Source: an uncultured Methanospirillum sp. (GTDB lineage Archaea > Halobacteriota > Methanomicrobia > Methanomicrobiales > Methanospirillaceae). Taken from it: a DNA stretch of 64,000 nucleotides. Made by a program: the position numbers and the translations under genes. The stretch spans positions 4,297 through 68,296 of the forward strand of contig CAZWTX010000011.1 of the NCBI GenBank assembly GCA_964637135.1, read 5' to 3'. The notes under the pieces were generated by a model. It made no database searches. It was not told the DNA's origin and saw only the letters and a list, made by a program, of their open reading frames with translations. Shown here piece after piece: positions 29,347 through 38,239 of the stretch (its first letter is position 1; each line of letters starts with the position of its first letter).

Positions 29347-30695
29347 TGGGAGACCGTCCGGCAGATATCCGGGTCAGGGATTTTTTTGAGGTCGATTCCG
29401 GGATGACGGCAGCGGAGGCGGTTGCCGAGGCAGAACGGTGCCTCCAGTGCAAGAACCCGGGATGTGTCTCCGGATGCCCGGTAAATATTGACATTCCGGC
29501 GTTCATTGCCCATATCGTCGAGGGCCGGTTTATCGAGGCAGCGAAAACGATTAAGGAACAGAACATGCTGCCAGCCATCTGCGGCCGGGTCTGTCCGCAG
29601 GAGACCCAGTGTGAAGCACTCTGTATCCTTGGAAAGAAAGAAACGCCGATCCGGATTGGCCAGCTGGAACGGTTTGCCGCCGATGAGGAACGAAACAGCG
29701 GTATCAGCCCGATCATTCCAAAGCCGAAGACCGGAAAAAGGATTGCCGTGGTCGGGTCAGGACCGGCCGGGATCACCGCCGCAGGGGATCTCGCCCGTGA
29801 AGGACATGAGGTGACCATCTTTGAATCACTCCATGTCCCCGGGGGTGTTCTCACCTATGGAATTCCCTCATTCCGTCTCCCAAAAGATATCGTAAACACA
29901 GAAATCGACCAGATCCTCGCCATGGGCGTCACCCTCCGTCTCAACCATCTCGTGGGAAGAAGTGTCTCCGTTGAAGACCTCCTCTCCTTTGACGCGGTGA
30001 TACTGGGGTCAGGTGCCGGTCTTCCCTACTTCATGGGAATTCCCGGTGAGAACCTGAACGGGGTGTACTCGGCGAATGAATTCCTCACCCGGGTAAACCT
30101 GATGCATGCTGACCGGTTCCCGGACTATGATACCCCGGTAGCACGGGGAAGCCGGGTGGTCGTGGTCGGCGGCGGAAACGTCGCGATGGATGCAGCCAGA
30201 ACGGCACGTCGCATGGGAGCGAAGGTGTCGCTCGTATACCGGAGACGAAAGGAAGACCTTCCGGCACGGCTCGCCGAGGTTCATCACGCTACCGAGGAAG
30301 GCGTGGAGATGATCACCTGTGTCAACCCGGTACGGATTCTCGGAGAACAGGGGGTCACCGGGATTGAATGTATCAGGATGCGGATGTGTGAACTGGACGA
30401 GAGCGGCCGGCCATCCGCGGAACCGATCGACGGGGATACCTTTGTCATCGACTGCGATGTCGTCATCCAGGCTATCGGCCAGGGGCCGAACCCGGTTCTT
30501 GCCAGGGAGATTCCCGGGCTTGACCGGGGCCGGGCCGGAAACGTGATCACTGACGAGGATGGAAAGACCTCACACCCGAAGATCTTTGCCGCCGGCGATG
30601 TCACCACCGGGGCAGCGACGGTTATCCTCGCGATGGGAGGGGCAAAACGGGCAGCTGCCACCATCATCGGGATGTTGTCAGGGAACGGATCCTGA
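29346..30695 (+). CDS. nfnB: NfnB/SudA-like subunit (often auto-annotated as NADPH glutamate synthase small chain)
   Basis: RCLQC..CVSGCP, CGRVCP...CE..C cluster motifs, GSGPAG, GGGNVAMDAAR; TAATG coupling to the upstream gene. Confidence 0.88.
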   Translation: MGDRPADIRVRDFFEVDSGMTAAEAVAEAERCLQCKNPGCVSGCPVNIDIPAFIAHIVEGRFIEAAKTIKEQNMLPAICGRVCPQETQCEALCILGKKETPIRIGQLERFAADEERNSGISPIIPKPKTGKRIAVVGSGPAGITAAGDLAREGHEVTIFESLHVPGGVLTYGIPSFRLPKDIVNTEIDQILAMGVTLRLNHLVGRSVSVEDLLSFDAVILGSGAGLPYFMGIPGENLNGVYSANEFLTRVNLMHADRFPDYDTPVARGSRVVVVGGGNVAMDAARTARRMGAKVSLVYRRRKEDLPARLAEVHHATEEGVEMITCVNPVRILGEQGVTGIECIRMRMCELDESGRPSAEPIDGDTFVIDCDVVIQAIGQGPNPVLAREIPGLDRGRAGNVITDEDGKTSHPKIFAAGDVTTGAATVILAMGGAKRAAATIIGMLSGNGS

Positions 30696-30700
30696 TCGAT

Positions 30701-31159
30701 ATGAACGGCCCCCGTCCTCCTGAAGACCTGGAAGCACTGCTCGGGTACACGTTCAGGACTCCCGGCCACCTGACACGGGCCCTTACCCGGCTGGCATACG
30801 CAAAAGAACATAGTCTTTCAGATGAAGCCCATCTCGATGCCCTTGCCACCCTGGGCGATGCCGTGATCGAGGTGCTGATCCTGACCCGCCTCGTCATCCA
30901 GGGGGGACATGACAAGGGAGAGATCTCGGTCAGGAAGATGGACATGGTGAATATGTCCATCCTCCGAAAAGCTGCTGAATCGCTGGATCTCCATTCTTTT
31001 GTACGGTGGGGACGGGGAGAAGAGAAGATGCATGTCTGGACATCCGGCCGCGTGCTTGCCGAATGCCTGGAAGCCCTTGCAGGGGCGATCTATCTTGATG
31101 GCGGCCTTGAGAGTGCTGAACAGGTACTGGACCGGCTGGGGCTCCTGCCCCGGGCCTGA
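30701..31159 (+). CDS. RNase III-domain protein lacking dsRBD (Mini-III-like)
   Basis: LGYTF...ALT, LATLGDAV, AECLEALAGAIYLDGG; 152 aa. Confidence 0.88.
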   Translation: MNGPRPPEDLEALLGYTFRTPGHLTRALTRLAYAKEHSLSDEAHLDALATLGDAVIEVLILTRLVIQGGHDKGEISVRKMDMVNMSILRKAAESLDLHSFVRWGRGEEKMHVWTSGRVLAECLEALAGAIYLDGGLESAEQVLDRLGLLPRA

Positions 31160-31222
31160 GGTATCAAAAAAGAGATAAACGAGCCTGCCACATGAATCAA
31201 AGCTACCGGAGATTACCAGGTT

Positions 31223-32257
31223 ATGGATAAAACGCAGAGACGATGGATCTATATCTCTCTGGCTATCAGTGTCATTATCCTCTTTATCGTCGTTTCCTCG
31301 ACCTTCAACGAGGAAACGCTCGTCTATCTCGCCCACATGAATCTCTTCTTCCTTGCCGGCGCTGTCGGCCTCCGGTTTGTCTCGTTCTCGCTCTGGGCAC
31401 TCCGGATACAGACGATGGCAGCGTCTCTCGGGTACCATGTCAGGTTCAGACATTGTTTCAACCTTGTTGTTGCCAACCTGCTTGTCGGTGCGATCACGCC
31501 CGGCCAGGCAGGCGGAGAACCGGTCAGGATCCATGAGCTCTACAAGGCGGATATGACGCTCGGTGATGCGACCGCAGTCGTGATCATGGAGCGGGTACTT
31601 GATGCAGTCATGCTCATCTGCCTCTCGGTCGGGTCCCTCATTGTCATGTGGAACGTGATCTGGAACCTCTCGGAGGGGCTGATCGTCCTCATCTTCTTCT
31701 CCATGGGCCTGCTCCTCCTCTTCGTGTTCATACTCCTGTTTGCGGCAAAATACCCGGCCTCTGCCAAGGAGCGGATCCTCTCCCTTCTCCACTGGATCGA
31801 AGCCAGGATGAAAAAGCCGGCGATCAGGAAGATCATCTCTTCCACCGATGTTGAGTTTGATAACTTCTGTACGGGAATTATTGCATTCTCAAGTCATGGA
31901 AAAAACGGGTTTATCTGGGGAGGAGTCTGTACCATCCTCTTCTGGTTCTCGGAATTTATCGTCGCGTCGGTGATCCTTATGGGTCTCGGACTTCCCCCGT
32001 CAATTTCAGAATCGATGCTCTCCCAGATTCTCATCGCCCTGATCAGCATGATCCCGTTTACCCCGGGGGCATCGGGGGTTGCAGAACTGTCGGCGACGTC
32101 CCTGTATGCCCTCTTCGTGCCGACCGCTGTCCTCGGGATCTTCATCCTTCTCTGGCGGCTCATCATGTTCTACCTGAACATTGTCTTCGGGGTCATTGCG
32201 ACCCTGTTTATCTTTAAGCGGGAGATAGCCCTGAACAGCGGGGAATACGAGGAATAA
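31223..32257 (+). CDS. UPF0104 / lysylphosphatidylglycerol-synthase TM-domain (flippase-like) protein
   Basis: ITPGQAGGEPVRI, ERVLD, PFTPGASGVAE, LWRLIMFY. Confidence 0.9.
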   Translation: MDKTQRRWIYISLAISVIILFIVVSSTFNEETLVYLAHMNLFFLAGAVGLRFVSFSLWALRIQTMAASLGYHVRFRHCFNLVVANLLVGAITPGQAGGEPVRIHELYKADMTLGDATAVVIMERVLDAVMLICLSVGSLIVMWNVIWNLSEGLIVLIFFSMGLLLLFVFILLFAAKYPASAKERILSLLHWIEARMKKPAIRKIISSTDVEFDNFCTGIIAFSSHGKNGFIWGGVCTILFWFSEFIVASVILMGLGLPPSISESMLSQILIALISMIPFTPGASGVAELSATSLYALFVPTAVLGIFILLWRLIMFYLNIVFGVIATLFIFKREIALNSGEYEE

Positions 32258-32261
32258 GGGA

Positions 32262-33170
32262 TCAGCCCAGAAGCCTGACGAGGAGGGCTTTCTGGACGTG
32301 GAGCCGGTTCTCTGCCTGGTCCCATACAACACTCTGGCTGCTGTCGATCATCTCGTCTGTTATCTCCCATCCCCGGTGTGCGGGGAGACAGTGCATGATG
32401 ATGGCCCCAGGTTTGGCGAGTTCCATCAGGTCACGGTTCACCTGGTAGGGCATGAAGATCGAACGGCGGGCATCTTCTTCTCCTTCGTGTCCCATCGAAA
32501 TCCAGGTATCCGTCATGACCACGTCTGCTTCCCTGACCGCCTCGTTCGGATCGTGCACCAGCCGGACCGTACCCCCGAGGGAGATGGCCCGGTCGACGAG
32601 ATGTTGTGGGGGACGGTACTGTTCAGGAACAGATACGGCGATATTCATGCCGGTCAGGACTGAACTGAGGATGAGGGAGGTGCAGACATTATTCCCGTCG
32701 CCCACCCAGGCAACATTCACCCCCTCCATCCGGTGCAGTTTCTCATCGATGGTGAGGATGTCGGCAAGGATCTGGCAGGGATGTTCCAGGTCAGACAAGC
32801 CGTTGATGACCGGTATGTCTGCATGTGTTGCCATATCGATAAGGGTCTGGTGGGAATTGGCCCGGATCATCGCGGCTGACACGAACCTGGACATCACGAG
32901 TGCGGTATCGCGGATCGCCTCGCCCCTGCCGAGCTGCATATCCTTGGGATGAAGGAAGAGGGCATGCCCGCCGAGTTCGAACATCCCGACTTCAAAGGAG
33001 AGCCTCGTTCTGGTCGAAGACTTTTCAAAGATCATCGCCAGGGTTTTTTTTGCCAGCACCGGGGTAAATACACCGGCTTTCCGTTCAGCCTTCAGCTGAC
33101 GGGCGAGACCGATTAGATCGACGAGTTCGGGCCGGGAGATGTCAAGGATCGAGAGGAAGTCTTTTTTCAT
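32262..33170 (-). CDS. argF: Ornithine carbamoyltransferase
   Basis: SSTRT, HPCQ, MHCLP. Confidence 0.98.
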   Translation of the reverse strand: MKKDFLSILDISRPELVDLIGLARQLKAERKAGVFTPVLAKKTLAMIFEKSSTRTRLSFEVGMFELGGHALFLHPKDMQLGRGEAIRDTALVMSRFVSAAMIRANSHQTLIDMATHADIPVINGLSDLEHPCQILADILTIDEKLHRMEGVNVAWVGDGNNVCTSLILSSVLTGMNIAVSVPEQYRPPQHLVDRAISLGGTVRLVHDPNEAVREADVVMTDTWISMGHEGEEDARRSIFMPYQVNRDLMELAKPGAIIMHCLPAHRGWEITDEMIDSSQSVVWDQAENRLHVQKALLVRLLG

Positions 33171-34453
33171 CTGATCTCCTGCATATGCCTGATTCTTTTC
33201 TGGAGGACAACTTCGGTTCCGATATCTGACCGGTACCGGATCGGTCCGCGGACACTTCTACACGCCTGTTCTGCAATCTCCTCAGCAACGGAAAGGCCCG
33301 GCCCGGTCCCGACGTAGGCCATCGTCCGGGAGGACTGGGTAACAAGATGATCCCCTTCACGCACGACACTCGCATAGTACAGCAATGCCGGTTCTGCAGG
33401 GGTAATCGTGATAATACCGCCGGCCTTCGGGTTATCGGGGTATCCGTCCGGGACAAGGTACTTACAGACGGTTGCAGCTGCTTCGAACTCGACCGGGAGG
33501 GTGTCAAGGGTTTTGTCGGCAACAGCGTCCATTACCTGTACCAGGTCAGTCTTCAGGAGGGAGAGGACATTCATCGCTTCAGGATCACCGAACCGTGCGT
33601 TGAACTCGATAACCATCGGTCCGGAACGGGTATTCATGAACTGGCCGTAGAGCACGCCCTGGAAGGGAGAGCCTTCACTACGTAACGCATCGATGGTAGC
33701 CTGCATGATCGAAAGGGCTACCCGAAAGTCTGCATCTGAGACAAAGGGAAGCCGGTGATCGGCCATCGTGTAGGCTCCCATACCTCCGGTGTTCGGTCCT
33801 GTATCTCCTTCAAACGCCCGCTTGTGATCCTGGACAAGCGGCATCGGGGCAAGGTGAACCCCGTCTGAAAAGGCCATCAGGGTAAATTCCTCACCACGAA
33901 GACGTTCCTCAAGAACGATCTTCCCCTTCAGCCGTTCAACATACCGGCAGGCTTCATCGTGATCGAGATGTTCGCCCATGATCTTGACGCCCTTCCCTCC
34001 GGTCAGGCCGGCCGGTTTGATCGCGTATTCTCCGGGAGAGCCGGCGATGTATCCGGCGGCAGCGGTTCCTGACTCAAAGATGATATACTCCGGAAGGCCG
34101 GGAATCCGGTGCCGTTTCATCAGGTCACGGCAGAATGCCTTGTCAGTCTCAATTCTGGCAGCAGCCTGCGAAGGACCCAGGCACCTGATCCCGATCGCTC
34201 TCAGGGCATCAGCCACCCCTGCCTCAAGCGGTGCTTCCGGACCGATAACGGCATGGGTTACCCGGTTATCCGAACAGAACCTGCAGATCTCCTGAACTGC
34301 CGTCTCCGGGCCGATAAGCATGTCTGCTGACAGTTCTGCAATGCCGGGATTTTTCCGTGCCATGACTGAGAAGATGACTGCCGCACGATTCTTCGCCAGT
34401 GCACGGGCGATTGCATGCTCCCTTCCACTGCTGCCCACGATAAGAACATTCAT
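33167..34453 (-). CDS. purD: Phosphoribosylamine-glycine ligase
   Basis: GREHA, GPEAPL, QDHKRAFEGDTGPNTGGMG, EFNARFGDPE. Likely start at 34453. Confidence 0.98.
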   Translation of the reverse strand: MNVLIVGSSGREHAIARALAKNRAAVIFSVMARKNPGIAELSADMLIGPETAVQEICRFCSDNRVTHAVIGPEAPLEAGVADALRAIGIRCLGPSQAAARIETDKAFCRDLMKRHRIPGLPEYIIFESGTAAAGYIAGSPGEYAIKPAGLTGGKGVKIMGEHLDHDEACRYVERLKGKIVLEERLRGEEFTLMAFSDGVHLAPMPLVQDHKRAFEGDTGPNTGGMGAYTMADHRLPFVSDADFRVALSIMQATIDALRSEGSPFQGVLYGQFMNTRSGPMVIEFNARFGDPEAMNVLSLLKTDLVQVMDAVADKTLDTLPVEFEAAATVCKYLVPDGYPDNPKAGGIITITPAEPALLYYASVVREGDHLVTQSSRTMAYVGTGPGLSVAEEIAEQACRSVRGPIRYRSDIGTEVVLQKRIRHMQEIR

Positions 34454-34752
34454 AGTATTTTCCCGGATAATTCCCCTCATTCCCTTATCAGGCCAGGAAT
34501 CTCCCGGGGGGTTCCTGCGAGATACATCCCCCGATGCCGGCAGGTACCCTGTTCCTGCGATGCGGGTGTCTTCTGATATCCTGATGAGATACTGTTCGGG
34601 CGGTTCATGTATACCAGATAAGAGTCCGATATCTAATAGAGGGAAGAGATTATGCCGCAGACCAGTTTAATTTTGTTGTTCATGACCGGTGAACCACGGG
34701 ATACTCCCTCATTGTGATGAGTGATTCCCGCGGCCGAACCCCGCGGACTTGG

Positions 34753-36615
34753 TCAGTGAGCCGCCCGTCCCTTGAGAGAACTGGCGACCTTCGGATCGAT
34801 ATGGGCCGCTTTCTGGAAACACATGTATGCTTCCCGTTTCATCCCTGCTTCATCAAGAAGGATCCCCTTATTGAGAAGTGCCCCGACATGTCTCGGGTCA
34901 AGGCGGAGGGTCCGATCAAAACACTGGAGGGCTTCTTTCTGCCTGACAAGATCCGAATAGATCAAGCCCATGTTATACCATGCCGGGGCATACGAGGGAT
35001 CGATACCGGTCGCCTGCGTAAAGGCCTGCAATGCCTCATAATACTGTTCATAAACCCGGTGAATCTTTCCCTTGTTAAAATGGGCCTTCAGGTGGAACTT
35101 GTTCAGGTCAATAACCTTCAGGTAACTGTTCATCGCCTCTTCGTATCGTTTCGCCTTGTGGAGGATCATGCCACGGTTAAACCAGGCCTCAACATTATCA
35201 GGATTGACCTCGATTGCATGATCGTAATACTGGAGCGCTTCTGCATGACGACGCATCTTGTGGAAACAGATTGCACGGTTTCTCATTGCGTCAGGATGAC
35301 GGGGATCCATCTTGAGGGCATTCTCATAACACTGGAGCGCTTCTTCAAACCGGCCGAGTTTATGGAAGCACAGTCCCCGGAACGACCAGGTATCGGCACT
35401 CCACTTGTCTATGATAAGGGCCTTTTTCGTGGAATCCAGTGCTTCCTCTATCTTTCCAAGCTTAAGGAAGATATCTGCCCTGGCAAGGAGAGCACTGATC
35501 TCACGCGGGTTGATATCGATCAGTTTGCCTGAACTCTGCAGTGCTTCCTGAAACCGTTCCATCCTGACAAAGGTCCTGATTTTATACAGCCATGCCGAGA
35601 GGTTCTTCTTTTCAAGTTCGAGAACGCGGTCAAAACAGGAGAGGGCATCAAGGTACTGTTCGAGTTCAAAGTAACAGATCCCCTTGTGCAGCCAGGCAGG
35701 AATATCCTTCTCATCCAGTTTGACAACCGTATCGAACGTAACCGCCGCCTCACGGTATTTCGCAGTATTTTTAAGGCAGTATCCCAGGAACAGCCAGGCA
35801 TGGGCCTGTTCTTTGTCCTGCTCCACCACGGTTCGGAAACACGCCGCGGCTACTTCTTCCTGGTGAAGATTAAAGAGGCAGTACCCTTTATGCAGCGTGG
35901 CACGCACCTGATCAGGATTCAGATTGAGCACCCGGTCAAAGGAGGATATGGCCGATTCGTAATCCTTCCGGTTATACTGGATATAGCCTTTATAGAGCCA
36001 GGCCTGCTCCTGCCGGTCATTCACCTCGAGGGTCTTCTCTAGAAACGGGAATGCCTTGTCGTACTCCTTTGCCTGGATCAGATTCAGGGCGGTAACATAG
36101 CAGACATTGCAGAGATCAGTCTCAGAGAGGAAAAGCCCCTGGTCTGCTTCCCTGCTCGCATCCTGATCGATCTCCTCGGTGATCTCTATCTTCTCGATCT
36201 CTTCTTCCGGGATGGGGGTCAGCGGGACAACCCCGAAGGCGAGGACATCTTCGGAGATATACAGCACTTCCCCGCCGGAGTCGATCTCTGCTCCTGATCC
36301 CGGCTGCTCGTCGCGATATGCTTTCGCAACTTCATTTGCAACCGCCTTTACCGGGGTTTTCTCTGCATTTGCATCATTATCGAGCAGGTCATCGGCCTCT
36401 TCAGGAAGCGGCTCGTCAGACTGGTCACCGGCGATCTCAGTATCCTCACCGGTACAGCCGGCACGTATCTCGGCGATGACCGTCTCAGAATCATTCTGCT
36501 GGAACGAGGAGATATCACGGAGGAGAAAGGAGAGAATCTCCTGGTATTGCTGGGAGTTAATCTCTCCTTTCGCCAGCCGCACCTGCAGTATTTTTATTGG
36601 ATCCTCGTCAGACAT
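34753..36615 (-). CDS. SHOCT-like N-terminus, acidic linker and long TPR array
   Basis: ILQVRLAKGEINSQQYQEI; about 12 TPR repeats (AW..KG.....L..Y.EA...FD). Confidence 0.9.
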   Translation of the reverse strand: MSDEDPIKILQVRLAKGEINSQQYQEILSFLLRDISSFQQNDSETVIAEIRAGCTGEDTEIAGDQSDEPLPEEADDLLDNDANAEKTPVKAVANEVAKAYRDEQPGSGAEIDSGGEVLYISEDVLAFGVVPLTPIPEEEIEKIEITEEIDQDASREADQGLFLSETDLCNVCYVTALNLIQAKEYDKAFPFLEKTLEVNDRQEQAWLYKGYIQYNRKDYESAISSFDRVLNLNPDQVRATLHKGYCLFNLHQEEVAAACFRTVVEQDKEQAHAWLFLGYCLKNTAKYREAAVTFDTVVKLDEKDIPAWLHKGICYFELEQYLDALSCFDRVLELEKKNLSAWLYKIRTFVRMERFQEALQSSGKLIDINPREISALLARADIFLKLGKIEEALDSTKKALIIDKWSADTWSFRGLCFHKLGRFEEALQCYENALKMDPRHPDAMRNRAICFHKMRRHAEALQYYDHAIEVNPDNVEAWFNRGMILHKAKRYEEAMNSYLKVIDLNKFHLKAHFNKGKIHRVYEQYYEALQAFTQATGIDPSYAPAWYNMGLIYSDLVRQKEALQCFDRTLRLDPRHVGALLNKGILLDEAGMKREAYMCFQKAAHIDPKVASSLKGRAAH

Positions 36616-36719
36616 CCGACACCTGCTCGCTTATCAACATTCATCTTTTTGCCTTTAAAGATATATCCCAGGGATCATTCCGGTAAAAATGGAGGAAATC
36701 CAGGTTATCCGAAAATCCA

Positions 36720-38048
36720 TCACCCGTCATTCCGGCTATCCGGATTGCGATCTCGTCCCGGGTGAATGGTCCTCACAGACGATTGTTCACCCAGTACCAG
36801 ATTAAATCCCCGTTTTTCCGGGTTCCACCTGACCTGGACATGATCGATGAGGAGGAGATCCCCGTACCCGGCTGACAACAGTTCCTCCTGGCCTTCAACA
36901 CGGGCAAAGCGTGGAAGGACCAGGAAAACCGGTTCTTTGCATGTCCCATCACAGATCTTGAAGAGATGGAACCGCCGGTCACCAATATCCCCGGATAATT
37001 TTCCCCCGATAACACAGACCGCCCTCCCGGTGTACCGGCGAAGATGAGAAAGTCTCACCTGGTACGCATTTTTTGGTAGTCGGTATGGCGAGTCCGGGGG
37101 ATTTCGGGTCAGCACGACGAAGGAGGATTTCACATCGGTATTGGTGTACCGGTATCCCTCCGGATCAGCTGCCAGTGCCTCCATGAAGGTGGTCGGTCTC
37201 ACAGGTGACGTCTCCCAGAATGTCCAGCATCCGGTCGGATGGCAGCGTGCACCCCAGGGGTAGGAACAGGGTGCATGGAGATACAGCCCTCTCCCGATCA
37301 GTTCATTCTGGAGTTCGCGAAGGAGGGTTGCATGCCTGAACTCCGCAGGTTCGGTGAGGATGACCAGTCCGTCGTCAGTCATCAGGGATACATAGGCCAT
37401 TACAAGATCCGCTTTCTCTTTCAGGGAGAGATCAATGAACTCGGCAAGTACATTCTGGATCGTCAGGACCGATATTCCTGATATGGCCGGGGGAGGATCC
37501 TGCCTCAGGTCCAGGGCGAATGGATCATGAAGAATGATGGAATCAGTGCCTTTTGCGTAACCATGAACGAGGGACTGGTATGCAAGGATATGTTCGGCTG
37601 ATCGCTCAACGGCATAGAGTTCCAGAAGGCCTCTCCTGCGTTCCCGGTGAAGGGTGATCGCAGCAAGGGAGACGACTCCCGGACCGGCACCGACATCGAG
37701 GAGAACCATCCGGTCAGGAATACGATGTTTCTTCTCAAGCCGCGAAAAGAGCCGGTACGCCTGCATGTAGTATACGGGCAGGTGGTATCCGAGATAGGCA
37801 TAGATGTCGTATAACCGGCCATACTTTGCGGACGGGTTCTTCTTCCAGTACCCGGCCTTCTGCGCAAGAATTGCCTGGCGGACCCGCGATAAAAAAACCG
37901 TATCCGCGATTTCAAGACCGGAACGGCTCCTGATATATGATGCAATCAGGGTGTCGATCTCCGGCGGAAGAGATTCACTGTTGCTCTTCTGGCCGGGCCG
38001 GGGTGTCTGATTCTTTTTCGGGCGGTGGCCCTCTGTTCGTTTTCTCAT
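36720..38048 (-). CDS. Class I SAM-dependent methyltransferase, Rsm22-like
   Basis: LLDVGAGPG motif I, ILTEPA, HAPC...C..C.C.F cysteine cluster, C-terminal OB-like region. Start uncertain. Confidence 0.75.
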   Translation of the reverse strand: MRKRTEGHRPKKNQTPRPGQKSNSESLPPEIDTLIASYIRSRSGLEIADTVFLSRVRQAILAQKAGYWKKNPSAKYGRLYDIYAYLGYHLPVYYMQAYRLFSRLEKKHRIPDRMVLLDVGAGPGVVSLAAITLHRERRRGLLELYAVERSAEHILAYQSLVHGYAKGTDSIILHDPFALDLRQDPPPAISGISVLTIQNVLAEFIDLSLKEKADLVMAYVSLMTDDGLVILTEPAEFRHATLLRELQNELIGRGLYLHAPCSYPWGARCHPTGCWTFWETSPVRPTTFMEALAADPEGYRYTNTDVKSSFVVLTRNPPDSPYRLPKNAYQVRLSHLRRYTGRAVCVIGGKLSGDIGDRRFHLFKICDGTCKEPVFLVLPRFARVEGQEELLSAGYGDLLLIDHVQVRWNPEKRGFNLVLGEQSSVRTIHPGRDRNPDSRNDG

Positions 38049-38239
38049 CACGCAGTCCTGCCCGGAGATCCGGGTTTGGAAATTACCCTGAATATTTGCG
38101 GTATAACGCAAAATAGCTGCACATCAGCCAGGTGCCTGAGAAGGCAGGACCACCAGTATACCTGAACCGGGGATGAACATTTTATCTGTCCGCAGCCGAC
38201 GGTATCTACCGGTCTGATACCGGATCCAGGATACCCGTC

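Noticed and set aside
21510-35532. Long antisense ORFs over ahcY, tgtA, the flippase-like gene and the TPR gene
   Set aside because: Typical shadow ORFs of GC-rich coding sequence with no recognisable motifs.
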